Of a stretch of 64,000 nucleotides of DNA, positions 25,558-37,274 are shown in pieces. The stretch covers positions 1,054,001 to 1,118,000 of the forward strand of contig NW_027117341.1 of assembly GCF_038025025.1 (NCBI RefSeq), given 5' to 3'. The stretch comes from Phyllosticta citribraziliensis. Its lineage: Eukaryota. The position numbers were made by a program, and so were the translations under genes. The first letter of the stretch is position 1, and each line of letters opens with the position of its first letter. Under the pieces are notes generated by a model that saw nothing but the letters and a program-made list of their open reading frames with translations, was not told where the DNA came from and did no database searches.

Positions 25558-26709
25558 ATGCCTCCCAATCTGACCGTCAAGCCAGGCGCCATCATCGCAG
25601 TGTCCGTCGCCGTCGCTGCCGGCATCGCCATATACCAGAGCCCCCAGGTTCAACGTTGGCTCGACGAACGACGACGCAAGATTGCCGTCGCCTTGCACAA
25701 GCTGGGGGACGAAATCAACCCCCCCGCGCGCCAGTTTCGAGCTCCCGGCGAGACCGAGGAACAGTGGACGAAGCGTCAAGAGACCATCCGCCAGAGGAGA
25801 AATGAGCTGATCAAGCGTGCCCGCGAAGAAGGCGTCGCCGTCGACCTCGACGAGCTCGCCAGAATCAGCGAAACGTACGACGAAAAGAGACCGACGACGA
25901 GAAGCTCGACCTTTGACGATTTGGTCCACAACGATGGCACGCTCCGCGAGTCAGGCCCCGCAACTGTCAACGAGAAGGCCATCACCACTGGCACCGACAA
26001 CACTGCTTCGGAAAACTTGAGACTCCGCGGTCATGGCGCTCGAGGCTTCATGAGTGGCGCTTCGTATGCTCAGCCGTTTGGCGACGAGGACGCTTCCATC
26101 TTGTTCGATCGTGACCTCATCGGTGTCGAGGAGAACTCGGTTGATGGTGACCACGACGAGGAAGCCGTGACCCCTCATGACTTTATCATGGATTCGCGCG
26201 AGACCACCGCCACTGTCGAGGCCCTACCGGCTTCCTCGTTGCCTCAACTCATCGACGTCTCCGAGCCTGTCCACGCCGATGGTTCCGAGACCACCGGTGA
26301 AGCCGCTACTGAATCATACTATTCGTCCGCTTCGCATGCTGCCGGCCCCACCATCCTAGAGTCCCCCGCCGTCTCTGTCATCGACGACAGCGACTTTGAT
26401 GACGACCACATGGCACACAGCACTGGCACCTTGACCCCAACCGAGGACAACTTCTCCACGGATGCGTCGCTCGTCGGTCGCGGCGCCGACGACATCGCTG
26501 TCCTTTCTTCGCTCCACAACGGCTCGACTGGCACTGCCGACGTCAGCTCAAATCCCTTTGGCTCCCAGGCCGAGCTTTCCGAGACAGGCTTCTCAGACGC
26601 ACGCAGCGATGCTAGCTACTCAGACCTTGGCGGTGCTGCCACCCCGTCTAGCTGGACCGACGTCGGAAGCGATGCCGGCAGCGACTACGGCAGCCACGCT
26701 GGCAACTGA
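25558..26709 (+). CDS. Hypothetical protein: N-terminal membrane anchor, coiled coil, acidic Ser-rich tail
   Basis: Long ORF with coding-like codon usage. First true ATG at 25558 (MPPNLTVKPGAIIAVSVAVAAGIAIYQSPQVQRWLDERRRKIA). Confidence 0.8.
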   Translation: MPPNLTVKPGAIIAVSVAVAAGIAIYQSPQVQRWLDERRRKIAVALHKLGDEINPPARQFRAPGETEEQWTKRQETIRQRRNELIKRAREEGVAVDLDELARISETYDEKRPTTRSSTFDDLVHNDGTLRESGPATVNEKAITTGTDNTASENLRLRGHGARGFMSGASYAQPFGDEDASILFDRDLIGVEENSVDGDHDEEAVTPHDFIMDSRETTATVEALPASSLPQLIDVSEPVHADGSETTGEAATESYYSSASHAAGPTILESPAVSVIDDSDFDDDHMAHSTGTLTPTEDNFSTDASLVGRGADDIAVLSSLHNGSTGTADVSSNPFGSQAELSETGFSDARSDASYSDLGGAATPSSWTDVGSDAGSDYGSHAGN

Positions 26710-27635
26710 GCCGACGCCTCGTTTTGTCGCATCCATTCGAGTTTTGTTTTCTCTGGCGCACTGGACGGAGGATCAAGCGCAGTTTCTGGAGTTTTTGGGT
26801 ATTGGAGTTTGGCGGCGGGAGGGTCAGGTCGCGCTTGTCCATAAAGTTCCCTTTGGCTCCTAGGTCGGTCACGCTCATCTCGTATCTTTTTTCCTGTCTC
26901 TCTGTCGTCCCTCCTAGATAGTTGCCTCGCTTTCCCTCTCGCACCGCTCTGGCTAGGGCTAGAAGGGTGAAGGCTCCTGTATACAGCAATGGGCCCCCGA
27001 TGCGTGCTCGTCCTCTGGATCATCGCTGCCTTGGAGGTGTGGCACCTCCTGGAATAGATATCTCGTCCCAAAATCGCGTACGGATTATGCAGGCTTTTTG
27101 ACAAGTGTGTTGATTCTGACTGTCGAATGAGCATCTCAAGAGAGGGTCGAGGAATTTGGCAGCAACATATGGACGAATAGGTCTTGTTGACATGTCGAGT
27201 GAGGCTGTCGAAATCTCTACGTACATGGCAAGCGTGTGTGAATTGCCGGTGTTGATCAGGGATGGGCCTCGTTCTCAACCTGCCTTACAGAGGGGACAGG
27301 TTGACCTGGATGCCGAAAATGAGGCTGCTTGTCAAGGCCTGGGATCTCGAACGCTCAATTGCGATGCAAAAGTCATTGAAAAACACGGGGTAATCTGAAA
27401 ATGACCTTGCACTGGATTCACGGACGAGCCGCTATTGCCGGAAAAGCTATACATCATTGATAGCGGAGCTTAATGTGGATTGATTCTTGTCCATGGAAGT
27501 ATCAGGAGATATACTGCTGTTCGCTCTCAACGCCAAATGTCACTTCGAACATGCCGCGAGACGAGCAAATGAAATCCAGTTTGCACCCTGCCCCAATGTG
27601 CCTGTCCATGAGGACCACTGTCTCACAGTATCCAC

Positions 27636-29701
27636 TCATCTTCCAAAGCCGAACCAACCCCTGCTCTTCGGCTTCTCATCCGCCGCCCCTTGCGACGCCT
27701 CGTTGACACGCGCACCCCCTTCATTCTCCGTCGTCGCGGCGCCAGCCCTGCCCGGGTAATCGATGTAGTTGAAGGCAACGTCGAGGAACATTGGCTTGAC
27801 GGGAACAGCCTGCAGGCGCGGGGGCCACTCGACCAAGTTCTTGAGGTCGGCTTCCTCGGTCGGATACTGCTCCAGGCGCTGCACCAGCGGTGTCTTGGCC
27901 GCGATGCTGCTGCTGCCCTTTCCAGGACCCTTGGTCAGCTTTTGGAGATCGGCCAGCGCGCGGTACTGCGTTACGAGGCCCTCGGCACGCGAGTGCAAAG
28001 ATTTGGCTTCTTGAATTGAGATTTCGAGATTGGGCGGTTTGGATGACGTTTCCGAGCTGTCGGTACCAGCAGAGAGAGCCAGGTTTGAGAGGTCCAAGGC
28101 GCGAGCAAAGAGAGCCAAGGCGTTCTTGGAAGAGGAGAGGAGTGCGTGCGAGTAGGCGATATTGAGGCATCTAGAAGAGTCAGCCATGTGCAGAATCTGA
28201 AGTGATGGAAGGACGTACTTGAGCGCCTGGAAATAAGCGCGCTTGCCATCCAGCTCTTGAATGAAGTCCGAGTCGCGCATGGCGCCGCGCAACTCCTTGA
28301 CCGAATCAATGCTTTGGAGAATCGAGTCGAAGAGGACTACGCGTTCTCTCAGGCTCGCCAACTTGCGGCCTGTCCCCTCTTCCTTCTCGACAATTTCCTT
28401 GCCCTCTTTTCCAGATTTCACCTTCTTGATCCTTCCAGGATTTATAGTCGCACCGTCATCACCTCCAATGAGGACGCGGTTCCGTCCAACACGCCACCCA
28501 ATCAAAGCATAATTGACGGCCAGGCTAGTGATTCTCAAGTGCTGCATTTGAGAGTCGCCCTCGTTTACTCCCTCCTTCTCCAACTCTTCTATCGCACGGC
28601 GTGTAGCGTCGGCTGCATCTTGGCTTGCAATCAAAACATCGTCGTAGGCGGCCGCTTTTTCACGGAGCGTTGTTTCCGAAGCAGATGCTTTCAGAAATGC
28701 AGACAACTTTGCCTCGGCCGTAGCAACTTGCGCAAGGGATTGGCCGATCGAGGCATCGACAATGTTGGCGGTGCGCGAGCGCCAAACAATTGTGGTCGGA
28801 ATATCGGTAGACGCGTTTTCCCCTTTGCCTGTCTTCAAGTCAGTTTTGGGAACGACTGGAGAGATGCGTGAAATAATACCTGCGCCCTGTGACTCCTCCT
28901 GCAGAGCGTCTGGGTACACCTTTTCGACAGCGTTTACAAGTTCGGAGTCTGTGCGGGGAAACCTTTGACAGGCGACTGCCGCAACAGTGATTGTTCGAGG
29001 AAGACGAGATTGATATGCTGCGTAGCGAAGGCTGGGATCGACCGTGTTGGTCAAAATGTCCTTGAAAATGTCATTCTTTGTCGACTGCAGCAAAGCATTG
29101 TAGATGATGCGCGCAGCACTGTAATTGACCAAGCAATCTTGCCACCGCTGCTCTGGTGGTGTCGTGCCATTTGATGGCTGCCCTTGTGCCTGCTTCTCAA
29201 ATTCTTGAGCGCCACAAAGCGAAAAGTAGTAGGCCTTTGCTTCCAGAATGTCGATGTCTGTTGCCCCACTCGCGGCTTGATCCGACAGCTGCAGCGAAAG
29301 ATCTCTAGCGATGACGGCGGCCTTGTGTAAACGCGATATGATGTGCTTGCGTGTCGTCCCGGTTATTCCCTTTTGAGCATTATCTTCGGCGTGAAGCGAT
29401 CTCATGTGCATCGCATGAGCCCAGGCGCGCTCGGCGGTCAAGATTTGGAGCTGGACAAAGCTGGACAAGAAGTGTTAGAAGCTGAGATTTGCAGTCAGGA
29501 ACAGACTCACTCATGACTGGAGCCAATGTCACTAGCTGTGACGGGATCTTTGGTTGAGTATTTGGCGTTTTTTGGCGTTGCGCGGCCGAGACGTCTTCTC
29601 AGCGTGAGCAATCGGCGCGACAGTTGTTGGCGATAGATGTTGTAGTCTCCCAGAAGGAGAACGCTGTCCCGCTGCGAGGTGACAAACGCCGTGATGTCCA
29701 T
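27636..29701 (-). CDS. SRP68: Signal recognition particle subunit SRP68
   Basis: GDYNIYRQQLSRRL, AERAWAHAM, VDPSLRYAAY, PVKPMFLDVAFNYIDY and C-terminal GWFGFGR. Introns 29461-29510, 28829-28879 and 28171-28218. Confidence 0.93.
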
Positions 29702-30206
29702 TGTGGAAGACTGGAGTTGAAGAGCGCGGGGAGGTGATGACACAGCGCCGTGAGCTTCAGCCGGGAGGACCACCGCACACCTCACCGCACTGGGTGCGGA
29801 GAATTAGGTTTCTCCGTCTCGGGCCGAAGCCGACACCTCAGTGGAGAACCTTGGACTCCGACGTGTCGGGATGCCGAGCCGAGGTGACGTCGGCGTTTCT
29901 GCGGAGATCGGAGCCGAGCATCTCCGACTTGACGGCGCAAAAGTACATCCATGATGCATCATCGAAAACCCATGTACACATCGTCGCCACGAATCACCCT
30001 GCGCTTGTTCTACGCTTGAGGATCAGTTGGGAACTTTGGGATGCTCCAATTCCCCTCTTGACCCACACCGTGTCCGCAGCGTCATGCAACCTTACTTGCA
30101 CCCCACCAAACTCTTTTCTTTCCGCTGATCGCTTTCGACTCTTCTTTTTACCGCTCTATTCGCCAGAGGTCCATGAGATACGGCGGTCTCTGCCTTCAAG
30201 CTGGTT

Positions 30207-33200
30207 ATGCTCGAGCGCGCGCCTACATATTTCGAAAACGGAGGACGATATTTCCTGCGCGCGTCTGCCACTCCGTCTGTTCGCGGCTCCCGAGCCCTCC
30301 ACCCGCCGTTTGGGCACCATGACACCGTTTCTCAGCCATCAGCACACCTACAGCACTCTCTGGAGAAATCCAGCCCGCGCAAAAATGGCTCTCATCGTGA
30401 GGAAAGTAGCTCCGCCACGGACGCGCACCTCGAAGACGGTGACGGATCCTTTCTTTACTTCTTGTATCCAAATCGGACCCTCGCCTTGATGAGACGATTC
30501 GACAATACCAGCCGGGGAGGATGGAAACTTCGCCCACTCGGCATATCAACCGTTGGCCGTAGACACTATTCTTCGAAACCCTCGTCGAAAGAAGGTCCAA
30601 AGGTGACAAATTCAAAAGCGGAGGATGTGGGGGAGAACAATTTGTCCAAAGTTCGAGCGGAAACGAATCAGGAGAAGATCGAACAGAGAGAAGATACGCA
30701 GGTTGAATCTGCAATGGGCCATACGGAATCGGAGCGCAACGCAGTCGAAATGGACGGTGCCGCCGACAAGCTAGACGAGGACTATGCTTTCGACCAACAA
30801 GACGGCAACATCGGCAGTGATATGGACGCGCTTGAGCTGGACTCGATGAATTCCAATAAGTCAAGAACAGAGGTCCAATCAGTCGACGAGCCTGTCAATG
30901 GCAGCAAAGAAGGCAAGGGGTCCAACATTTTCGACCTTATTGAGGCGACTGTGCAGTCTCACGATAAGCCGGAGGCGATTTCAAAGCTCATGGACTACTA
31001 CTTGGATATCAGCATCGACGAAGAGTCACGCAATGTTATCCCTCAGGCAATTTGGCGATTGTGGAACGCGCTCACTACCAAACAAAAAACACCTAAGCTT
31101 GCTACTGCCATCCTTCAGCATCTTGGATCCATCAGACCATTTCTTCGCACACACGCCGAGCGGATCATCGAAGTCTTTCAATCGCTACCGCACGACTGCA
31201 AAGCCAGAGAATCCTACGACAGTGCCATCTTGGCATATCTGACCATCCATGGGCCGGGCAAAGCTGCCTTGATCTACTTCGAAGGGATATCAGAAGCAGA
31301 CTCCAAGGAGGTTCATTTCGATTACCGTGGCCACGGTTTAATCCCTATCCGGAAGTCATCAGACAAGTTGAGGCCGAATACCCCAGAACATTTGATCTCC
31401 CGCGCGATTGCAGACGGAGAGTGGCAACTGGTGATAGATGTCATCACAACAGCTGAACAGTTTGGGTCAATCGATTGGGTCATCGTAGCAAGAGACTTGG
31501 ACGTTTGCGATCATCTCGCCATGCTTCTCATCCGGCTCCGCCAGCTGCAGCGACTGGGAGCCAAGCCCACAGAGTCTGAACGGCAGTTTCGATTGCTCGT
31601 CACGGAGCTAGCAAGGCAAGGCATAGCGCAAAAGACTGTGTCTTGGTCTTCCGAAAGTAGACCGGCTGAGCTATGGCGCCTCCTTTTGAAAGTGAAGCAT
31701 TCCGGCTACGTCTTTCCTGATCATCAAGCCGGGATGCATGCGTCTGCATTGGAGACTATCCTTCACGCGAAAGAGATTACAAAATTCTCGCATCTCCCGC
31801 CGATTGTGTTCAGGCTGTACAACGCTTACGTCACGGCTATCCTTGAAGCCCGCGATAGAGCAGACAGAAAACCTCCCTTGATCAGGAGATCCACGTTTGT
31901 TTGCATGCTTCATGGATTTCTAAGACATCCGAAACTCCCTCCAAAGCAAACCGTTGACACAGGAGTAGTGTTTTATCATTACAAATTGATTGTGGGCCAA
32001 CCAACAGTGTCGATGATAAGTCTTCTGATGCACTACCACGCAAACATGGGAGACGACCGCAAAGTCAAGGCTTATTTTCGGGAGCTCGTCACCTACCACA
32101 AGGGCAAAATTCGCGAAAACCGCGCCATCTTCAGATCGATGTTCTATGCTATCTCCCGAAAAGGAGACGTTGCTGGGGCAGAGAAATTGATCAAGTACAT
32201 GAAACAAGAATTCGACCTGACTCCCGATTCCCAGTCATGGAATTCCGTCCTGAAAGCCCATGTGAGAAATCAGGATCTCGGAGGTGCCTGGGAAAGACTC
32301 AAGCAAATGATGAAAGTCACAAAACTAGACGGCAACAGCTTCAGGATCATTTTGACATCCTTGGCGGAACGCGGCGACGTCGACGCTGTCAAGGAGATTT
32401 TTGACATGATCTCAGAACTAGATCCAGTCATTCTGCGTGATTCTCGCACAGTTCTTTTCCTCGTATTGGCGTACGTCAAAAGCGGCGACCTTCACTCGGC
32501 GGAGCGATTCGCCATGCAGCTGCAGGACCTCAAAGCCGAGGGACAGCTCGAAGGCGACACGGTCGTTTTCTGGAACACTATCGCTACCGAATACGCTAGG
32601 GAGAGGGACATCCAGGCGGTACAGCGCATCATGGCATACATGACTGAACATGGAATTCCGTACGATGCCCACACGTACGCGGCCTTGCTCCTTGCGCTTG
32701 TCTCCATCCACCAAACCGACGTGGCGTACAAGATCCTTAGAACGGTCATCTCGAAGGAGCCCGTCGAGAAGCTTTCTTTGCACTACGGCATTGTGATGGC
32801 CGGATACATCAACCAACGGAGGTACTGGAAGGTGTGGTATGTCGACCGCTTCCGACAACATCAAAGAGTCCCAGCCACGTTTAGTACAAGATCAGCTCTT
32901 GTGCAGGCCGTCTTGTTCAACGAAAGCAAGACGAACCGAGAGACAGAAGAACCCGACAAATTCGAAAAGACTGAAAGGATGGCAATCGGCCAATTAAATA
33001 TCCTAGAGCCCTGGGAAGTCAGCAAAGAAATACAAGTCAACACAAAGTTCACACCGATCAATCAACTACAAGATTCCTACTTGGATGTGTTGATTCTCAC
33101 CTTTGGGCAAAGGGGTATGTTCGAGATGTCGCAAAAAATGTTCGACTTGTATGCCAAGCGGAATGACATTGATTTTTCGGACCCCGAAAAGACGCCCCCG

Positions 33201-33890
33201 ATGCGCATGCTCGTCGCTCTGATGCACAACTTTCTGAAAGCCGAACAGTACGCAGAGGTGGAGCAATGTTGGCGCTTGGCCAAACAACAGGCTGACGCGT
33301 TGAGCCAGCTGCGGCCAGCCAACGTCGCGAGCGAGTTTGCTTCGCAAGAGGACACGAGCAAGCAAAAGGCCGCCTCTCGCCGGAAAATTATTACAAACGC
33401 GCTGTCAGTGTACATGATGTCGTTGAAGCAGCAAGACCGTGTCGAAGACATTCAGAAGGTTGTACATTCTGTCCTCGGCGAAGGATACGAGATGGGCAAC
33501 TCTCTGTGGAACACCTATATTCAACTGCTGGCGCGATCAGGGCGCATCGCCCATGCCTTTTCACTCACGGAAACGGAACTCATGCCACAATGGCCCGGGT
33601 GGAAGAATCCGAAGTACGCGAATAGGAAGAGATACAGCCGTGGTTGGCAATATCTCTACGTCAGCCCGCTCAGACAGGGGCCCGGCGCAAAGCTTCCAAC
33701 GTATAGAACAATGGTGTTTTTGGCAGCGGCGCTGAAATACGTCAGGCGAGCCGAAGCAATAGGGACAGGCGGAGGGACGGTGGTGACGGAAGAGTTTTTG
33801 GAAAAGAGGGCACCGGTCACGGTGAAGGCGGCGAGGAGCATGCCGAGGGTGGATGATGCATTGCAGACGATGTACCTGGGCGACGTATGA
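30207..33890 (+). CDS. CYA5: Mitochondrial pentatricopeptide-repeat protein, Cya5/Pet309-like COX1 translation factor
   Basis: Intronless 1227-aa ORF. N-terminal MLERA..., then PPR-like units (PDSQSWNSVLKAHVRNQD, DTVVFWNTIATEYARERD, YDAHTYAALL). Confidence 0.75.
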   Translation: MLERAPTYFENGGRYFLRASATPSVRGSRALHPPFGHHDTVSQPSAHLQHSLEKSSPRKNGSHREESSSATDAHLEDGDGSFLYFLYPNRTLALMRRFDNTSRGGWKLRPLGISTVGRRHYSSKPSSKEGPKVTNSKAEDVGENNLSKVRAETNQEKIEQREDTQVESAMGHTESERNAVEMDGAADKLDEDYAFDQQDGNIGSDMDALELDSMNSNKSRTEVQSVDEPVNGSKEGKGSNIFDLIEATVQSHDKPEAISKLMDYYLDISIDEESRNVIPQAIWRLWNALTTKQKTPKLATAILQHLGSIRPFLRTHAERIIEVFQSLPHDCKARESYDSAILAYLTIHGPGKAALIYFEGISEADSKEVHFDYRGHGLIPIRKSSDKLRPNTPEHLISRAIADGEWQLVIDVITTAEQFGSIDWVIVARDLDVCDHLAMLLIRLRQLQRLGAKPTESERQFRLLVTELARQGIAQKTVSWSSESRPAELWRLLLKVKHSGYVFPDHQAGMHASALETILHAKEITKFSHLPPIVFRLYNAYVTAILEARDRADRKPPLIRRSTFVCMLHGFLRHPKLPPKQTVDTGVVFYHYKLIVGQPTVSMISLLMHYHANMGDDRKVKAYFRELVTYHKGKIRENRAIFRSMFYAISRKGDVAGAEKLIKYMKQEFDLTPDSQSWNSVLKAHVRNQDLGGAWERLKQMMKVTKLDGNSFRIILTSLAERGDVDAVKEIFDMISELDPVILRDSRTVLFLVLAYVKSGDLHSAERFAMQLQDLKAEGQLEGDTVVFWNTIATEYARERDIQAVQRIMAYMTEHGIPYDAHTYAALLLALVSIHQTDVAYKILRTVISKEPVEKLSLHYGIVMAGYINQRRYWKVWYVDRFRQHQRVPATFSTRSALVQAVLFNESKTNRETEEPDKFEKTERMAIGQLNILEPWEVSKEIQVNTKFTPINQLQDSYLDVLILTFGQRGMFEMSQKMFDLYAKRNDIDFSDPEKTPPMRMLVALMHNFLKAEQYAEVEQCWRLAKQQADALSQLRPANVASEFASQEDTSKQKAASRRKIITNALSVYMMSLKQQDRVEDIQKVVHSVLGEGYEMGNSLWNTYIQLLARSGRIAHAFSLTETELMPQWPGWKNPKYANRKRYSRGWQYLYVSPLRQGPGAKLPTYRTMVFLAAALKYVRRAEAIGTGGGTVVTEEFLEKRAPVTVKAARSMPRVDDALQTMYLGDV

Positions 33891-34160
33891 GGGCCGGGCT
33901 GTAAGTAAATGTAAATACATGTATAGGCATAAGATACACATGATTGGCATGTGACGTGCGTTGAAGATGCCCTGGACTGGACCCCGAGTGGACGTCAGGT
34001 TGCATGAAAGCGGGCGCTAGCGCGGCCCCGGTTCCGCGCGATTCGTGGGACTCGTGAGAGGACAACCAAGACCAAAGCTCGACCACAACACCTCACCGCA
34101 GCCCGTCCACCTCGCCCAAGCCCTCGCCTCGACGACCGCTATGCCTGTGTCTGCCGTACC

Positions 34161-36693
34161 ATGGCTCCGCTCCACCACTGCTTCCCTCCCATCGTCTGCG
34201 TCGTCGACTTTCACCACGCTAGGTATCTAAGCCAACCCGACCCGCCAGCGCATCCAGAGCTTGGTTAACATGCGAAAAGAGGCCCCGAGGTCGAGACTTG
34301 GATCGGCGTCGAGAATGGCGCTGATCCAGCTGCCGACAATGAGTGGCCGTTGCTGCCCTTCATGGCTTTGAGCGACGGCGCCCACGCGTAAGTCGACACT
34401 GTCGTTTCCCTGTCCGCTTGCTGATGTTTTGCGCCGCTTGTAGCACCACCGAAGACTTCTCCTACTTTACACTCTGCCGTGAGGCGACTCTGGATGGCCC
34501 GGCGACCTCCCTCTTCGGAATCTCGTGCACCCGCCAACTCGACGCCAACGACCTGATCAACCGCCCCGCCGAAGTCACACGCTCTACCGTCCAAAAGGCC
34601 GTTGTGGTCATCACCGACAGCCCCCAGCATTTCGGATATTTGCGCGAGAAGCTGTCGGTGGTGACAAAGGCTTGGTTTGCCCAAAAGTACTGTCTTGCCT
34701 GCCTCTACAAATCTTCCTCTGGCTCATACTCGATAGTGATTTTACCGATCTGGACATCTTGGAGGTTGGTCCACCATTCGAAACTGCCTGCCGCACTGCT
34801 AACGCTGTCGCAGGGGTTTCAGGCCAGTCTAGCCAAGACCTTCAAGGACAGGGAACATGAACGCGACCAGTTTTTTGGTCAGTTACCCTGTCAAGATGAA
34901 ACCGTTCCTGCAGACTGACGCATCCAAAGGCCTTTCTCTTCGCGAAATCATTCATGAATACAAGCACCAAACGCTGGTGCTTTTTAAATGTTGCTTGCTT
35001 CAACCAAAGGTGAGCTTGTCACAAGACCAGCGGCATAGATTATATTGACGATGGTCAGATGCTCTTTTTCGGTTCTAGCTGCGAGCGGCTTTGCTTGATG
35101 CAATTTTCCTTGATCTCCCTGATACCAGGCCTGATTCGCAACTTGCAAGACTGCGCAGACCCAGCGTTCAATGCTTATGAGGAGAATCTGGAGAAGCCTG
35201 CCTCTCTGAAGACGAGCGAGCGAGCATCTCGTAATATCCACTGTACCCGAAACAGGCTTTCTGGCTAACTCATCCTCAGTCCTGGCGTACATGGGACTTC
35301 CTCTCCAAATCTTTGGAAAGGTCGGTCACACTGCTCACTCGTGTTCTTCATCACGCTAACTCGCGACAGGGGAGTCTTTTCGGCCCATATACGCCACTGC
35401 AACAACTCGATATGCTGGCTGATCGCGAAACGAAGTCTTATGTTGTCGGTTCGACAAATTCATTACTTTTGCAACAGAGAGATCGCTACAGCGATATACT
35501 AATAAATGTAGTCGACATGATTCTTCCTTCCCAGAGAATTTCAAGGCTGATGATGTTTGCAGCTCGACGAAGGGACCATTAACATTTCATCGCCTTCGCT
35601 TCGCAGCGCGCTTATCCTTTCTACCCCTGACAGGAGGTGGATTGACTTTCTCACTCAAGCCGTTAACGACACATGGGACGAGGAAAACCCAGGCCGGCCG
35701 AACACACTCGGATATTCTGGAAGCGAAGAATTCATTCGATTACAGTTTGAAGAATACCTTCTCGCCTTGCTCTCTTCATCAAAGTATCGCACCTACTATG
35801 AAGCCCATAAGGATACTTTGAAGGGGCCTGTCATCAATGAGATTGAGGGAGATCCCGCTGGTGAATTCGGAAACGACTTCATTGCGGCATGGGAAAAGAC
35901 GGAGAACTTCCGCATATTCAATCGCCATACGGACGAACATCTTTTTGACATTGTTGTCCCCGAACACCCCTGCTCTGGTGGACTTACCATCGAGGACATT
36001 CAGCGCCGCCTCAATTCACAGGTTGAGGCTTTGCACCTCGACGAGCGCTTCGCGCATGGCAAAGAGACGTTAAACAAGCATTTTGCTGAGGGTCAAAAGA
36101 AAGTTTCTACAGCGTTCAACAACCTTTGGGCCGACATAGAGGCGATGCGCGAGGCCCAACGCCGTAAACGAGATGAAGAAGCGAAAGCAGCAGCCGAGAA
36201 GGCCGAAAAGGAAGAGAAGCAAGGCAGTCCTACTAGCAGCATCAGCGACAAGGATAAGTCAAATGGAGGCAGCCGCGCCGAGCGAGCCAGTGCCTACCTG
36301 AGCTCCTGGGGCCAGTGGGCAAACGAGAAGCGTGCTGGATGGCGGAAGGGTAAAAATGGCCCAGCGAGCCCTCCACCGACGGACAGCCCCATCGAGCCAA
36401 AGAAGGGTTTGGATGAAGACAAGGCACCTGAAATCGTAGAATCGAAGGTTGAGTCGGCGGCTGCAGATCAGACTACGGCTGTGAAAGAGGCTAAAGTCAA
36501 CGGGGACAAAGTGGAGGCACTGGCATCGGCCGACGAAGCCCAGGCGAAGACCGGGGGACATCCGGATTCTGCCGAAGCTGCCACGGCTGTTGGAAAAGAA
36601 GTACGGACGAGTACCCAGAGTGCCACGCTTGGAGAAGAGCTGAAGGAAGCCAAAGTTGAAGACAAGCCCGAGAGCGCGTCTATGGACAGATGA
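34161..36693 (+). CDS. AVL9: Late secretory pathway protein Avl9 (DENN-related, multi-exon)
   Basis: VCVVDFHHARGPEVE, LPFMALSDGAH, SLFGISCTRQL, RSTVQKAVVV and GSEEFIRLQFEEYL. Numerous short GT-AG introns. Confidence 0.92.
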
Positions 36694-37274
36694 TTGGAAT
36701 GAGGCGGTACGAATGACTGGCGTTACTGGAACGATTTGGGTTGGTTTGCTCTTTGTGTGCACAGGAGCACAGATATACCTTTCATCTCGAGAGGTGATTC
36801 TTTGGCAAGAGGTGGGTGGTTTGGCGGCGTAGGACCGGGTAGTCTGGCTTTCCGAAAGACGTGGAATGGACAGGATTCTTCAGAGCGGTCTCCTTTCCAT
36901 TCACCTTTTCATATCAAAGGCTTGTCCGAGTCTGGTAAAGACAGCGGCCCCGTGCTGAGTCTAATAGAGCCTGGGTGCTACTACACGGTCAGCATTCATG
37001 AGGAAACGGTCGAGTAACGATTCAAGGCTCCAGCTGCGCCGTCGTCAGTATCGGCGTCTGTGACCCACGACACAACTCTCGGCGATTCAAAATGACAAAA
37101 ACCATGCCCGTCCTCGATTCCCGCACCACCGCTCCTCCGCTCCTTTCCACCTCGCCCTTTGTCGGTCACTCGTTGATTGAGCTTCCTTGATCAGGTCAGG
37201 GTTTGCTCACCCGTGTCGCTCGCTCATTTGGTCGCCTGCGACAAATTCAGTAACAGGGCTTCGCAGCGTCAAGT

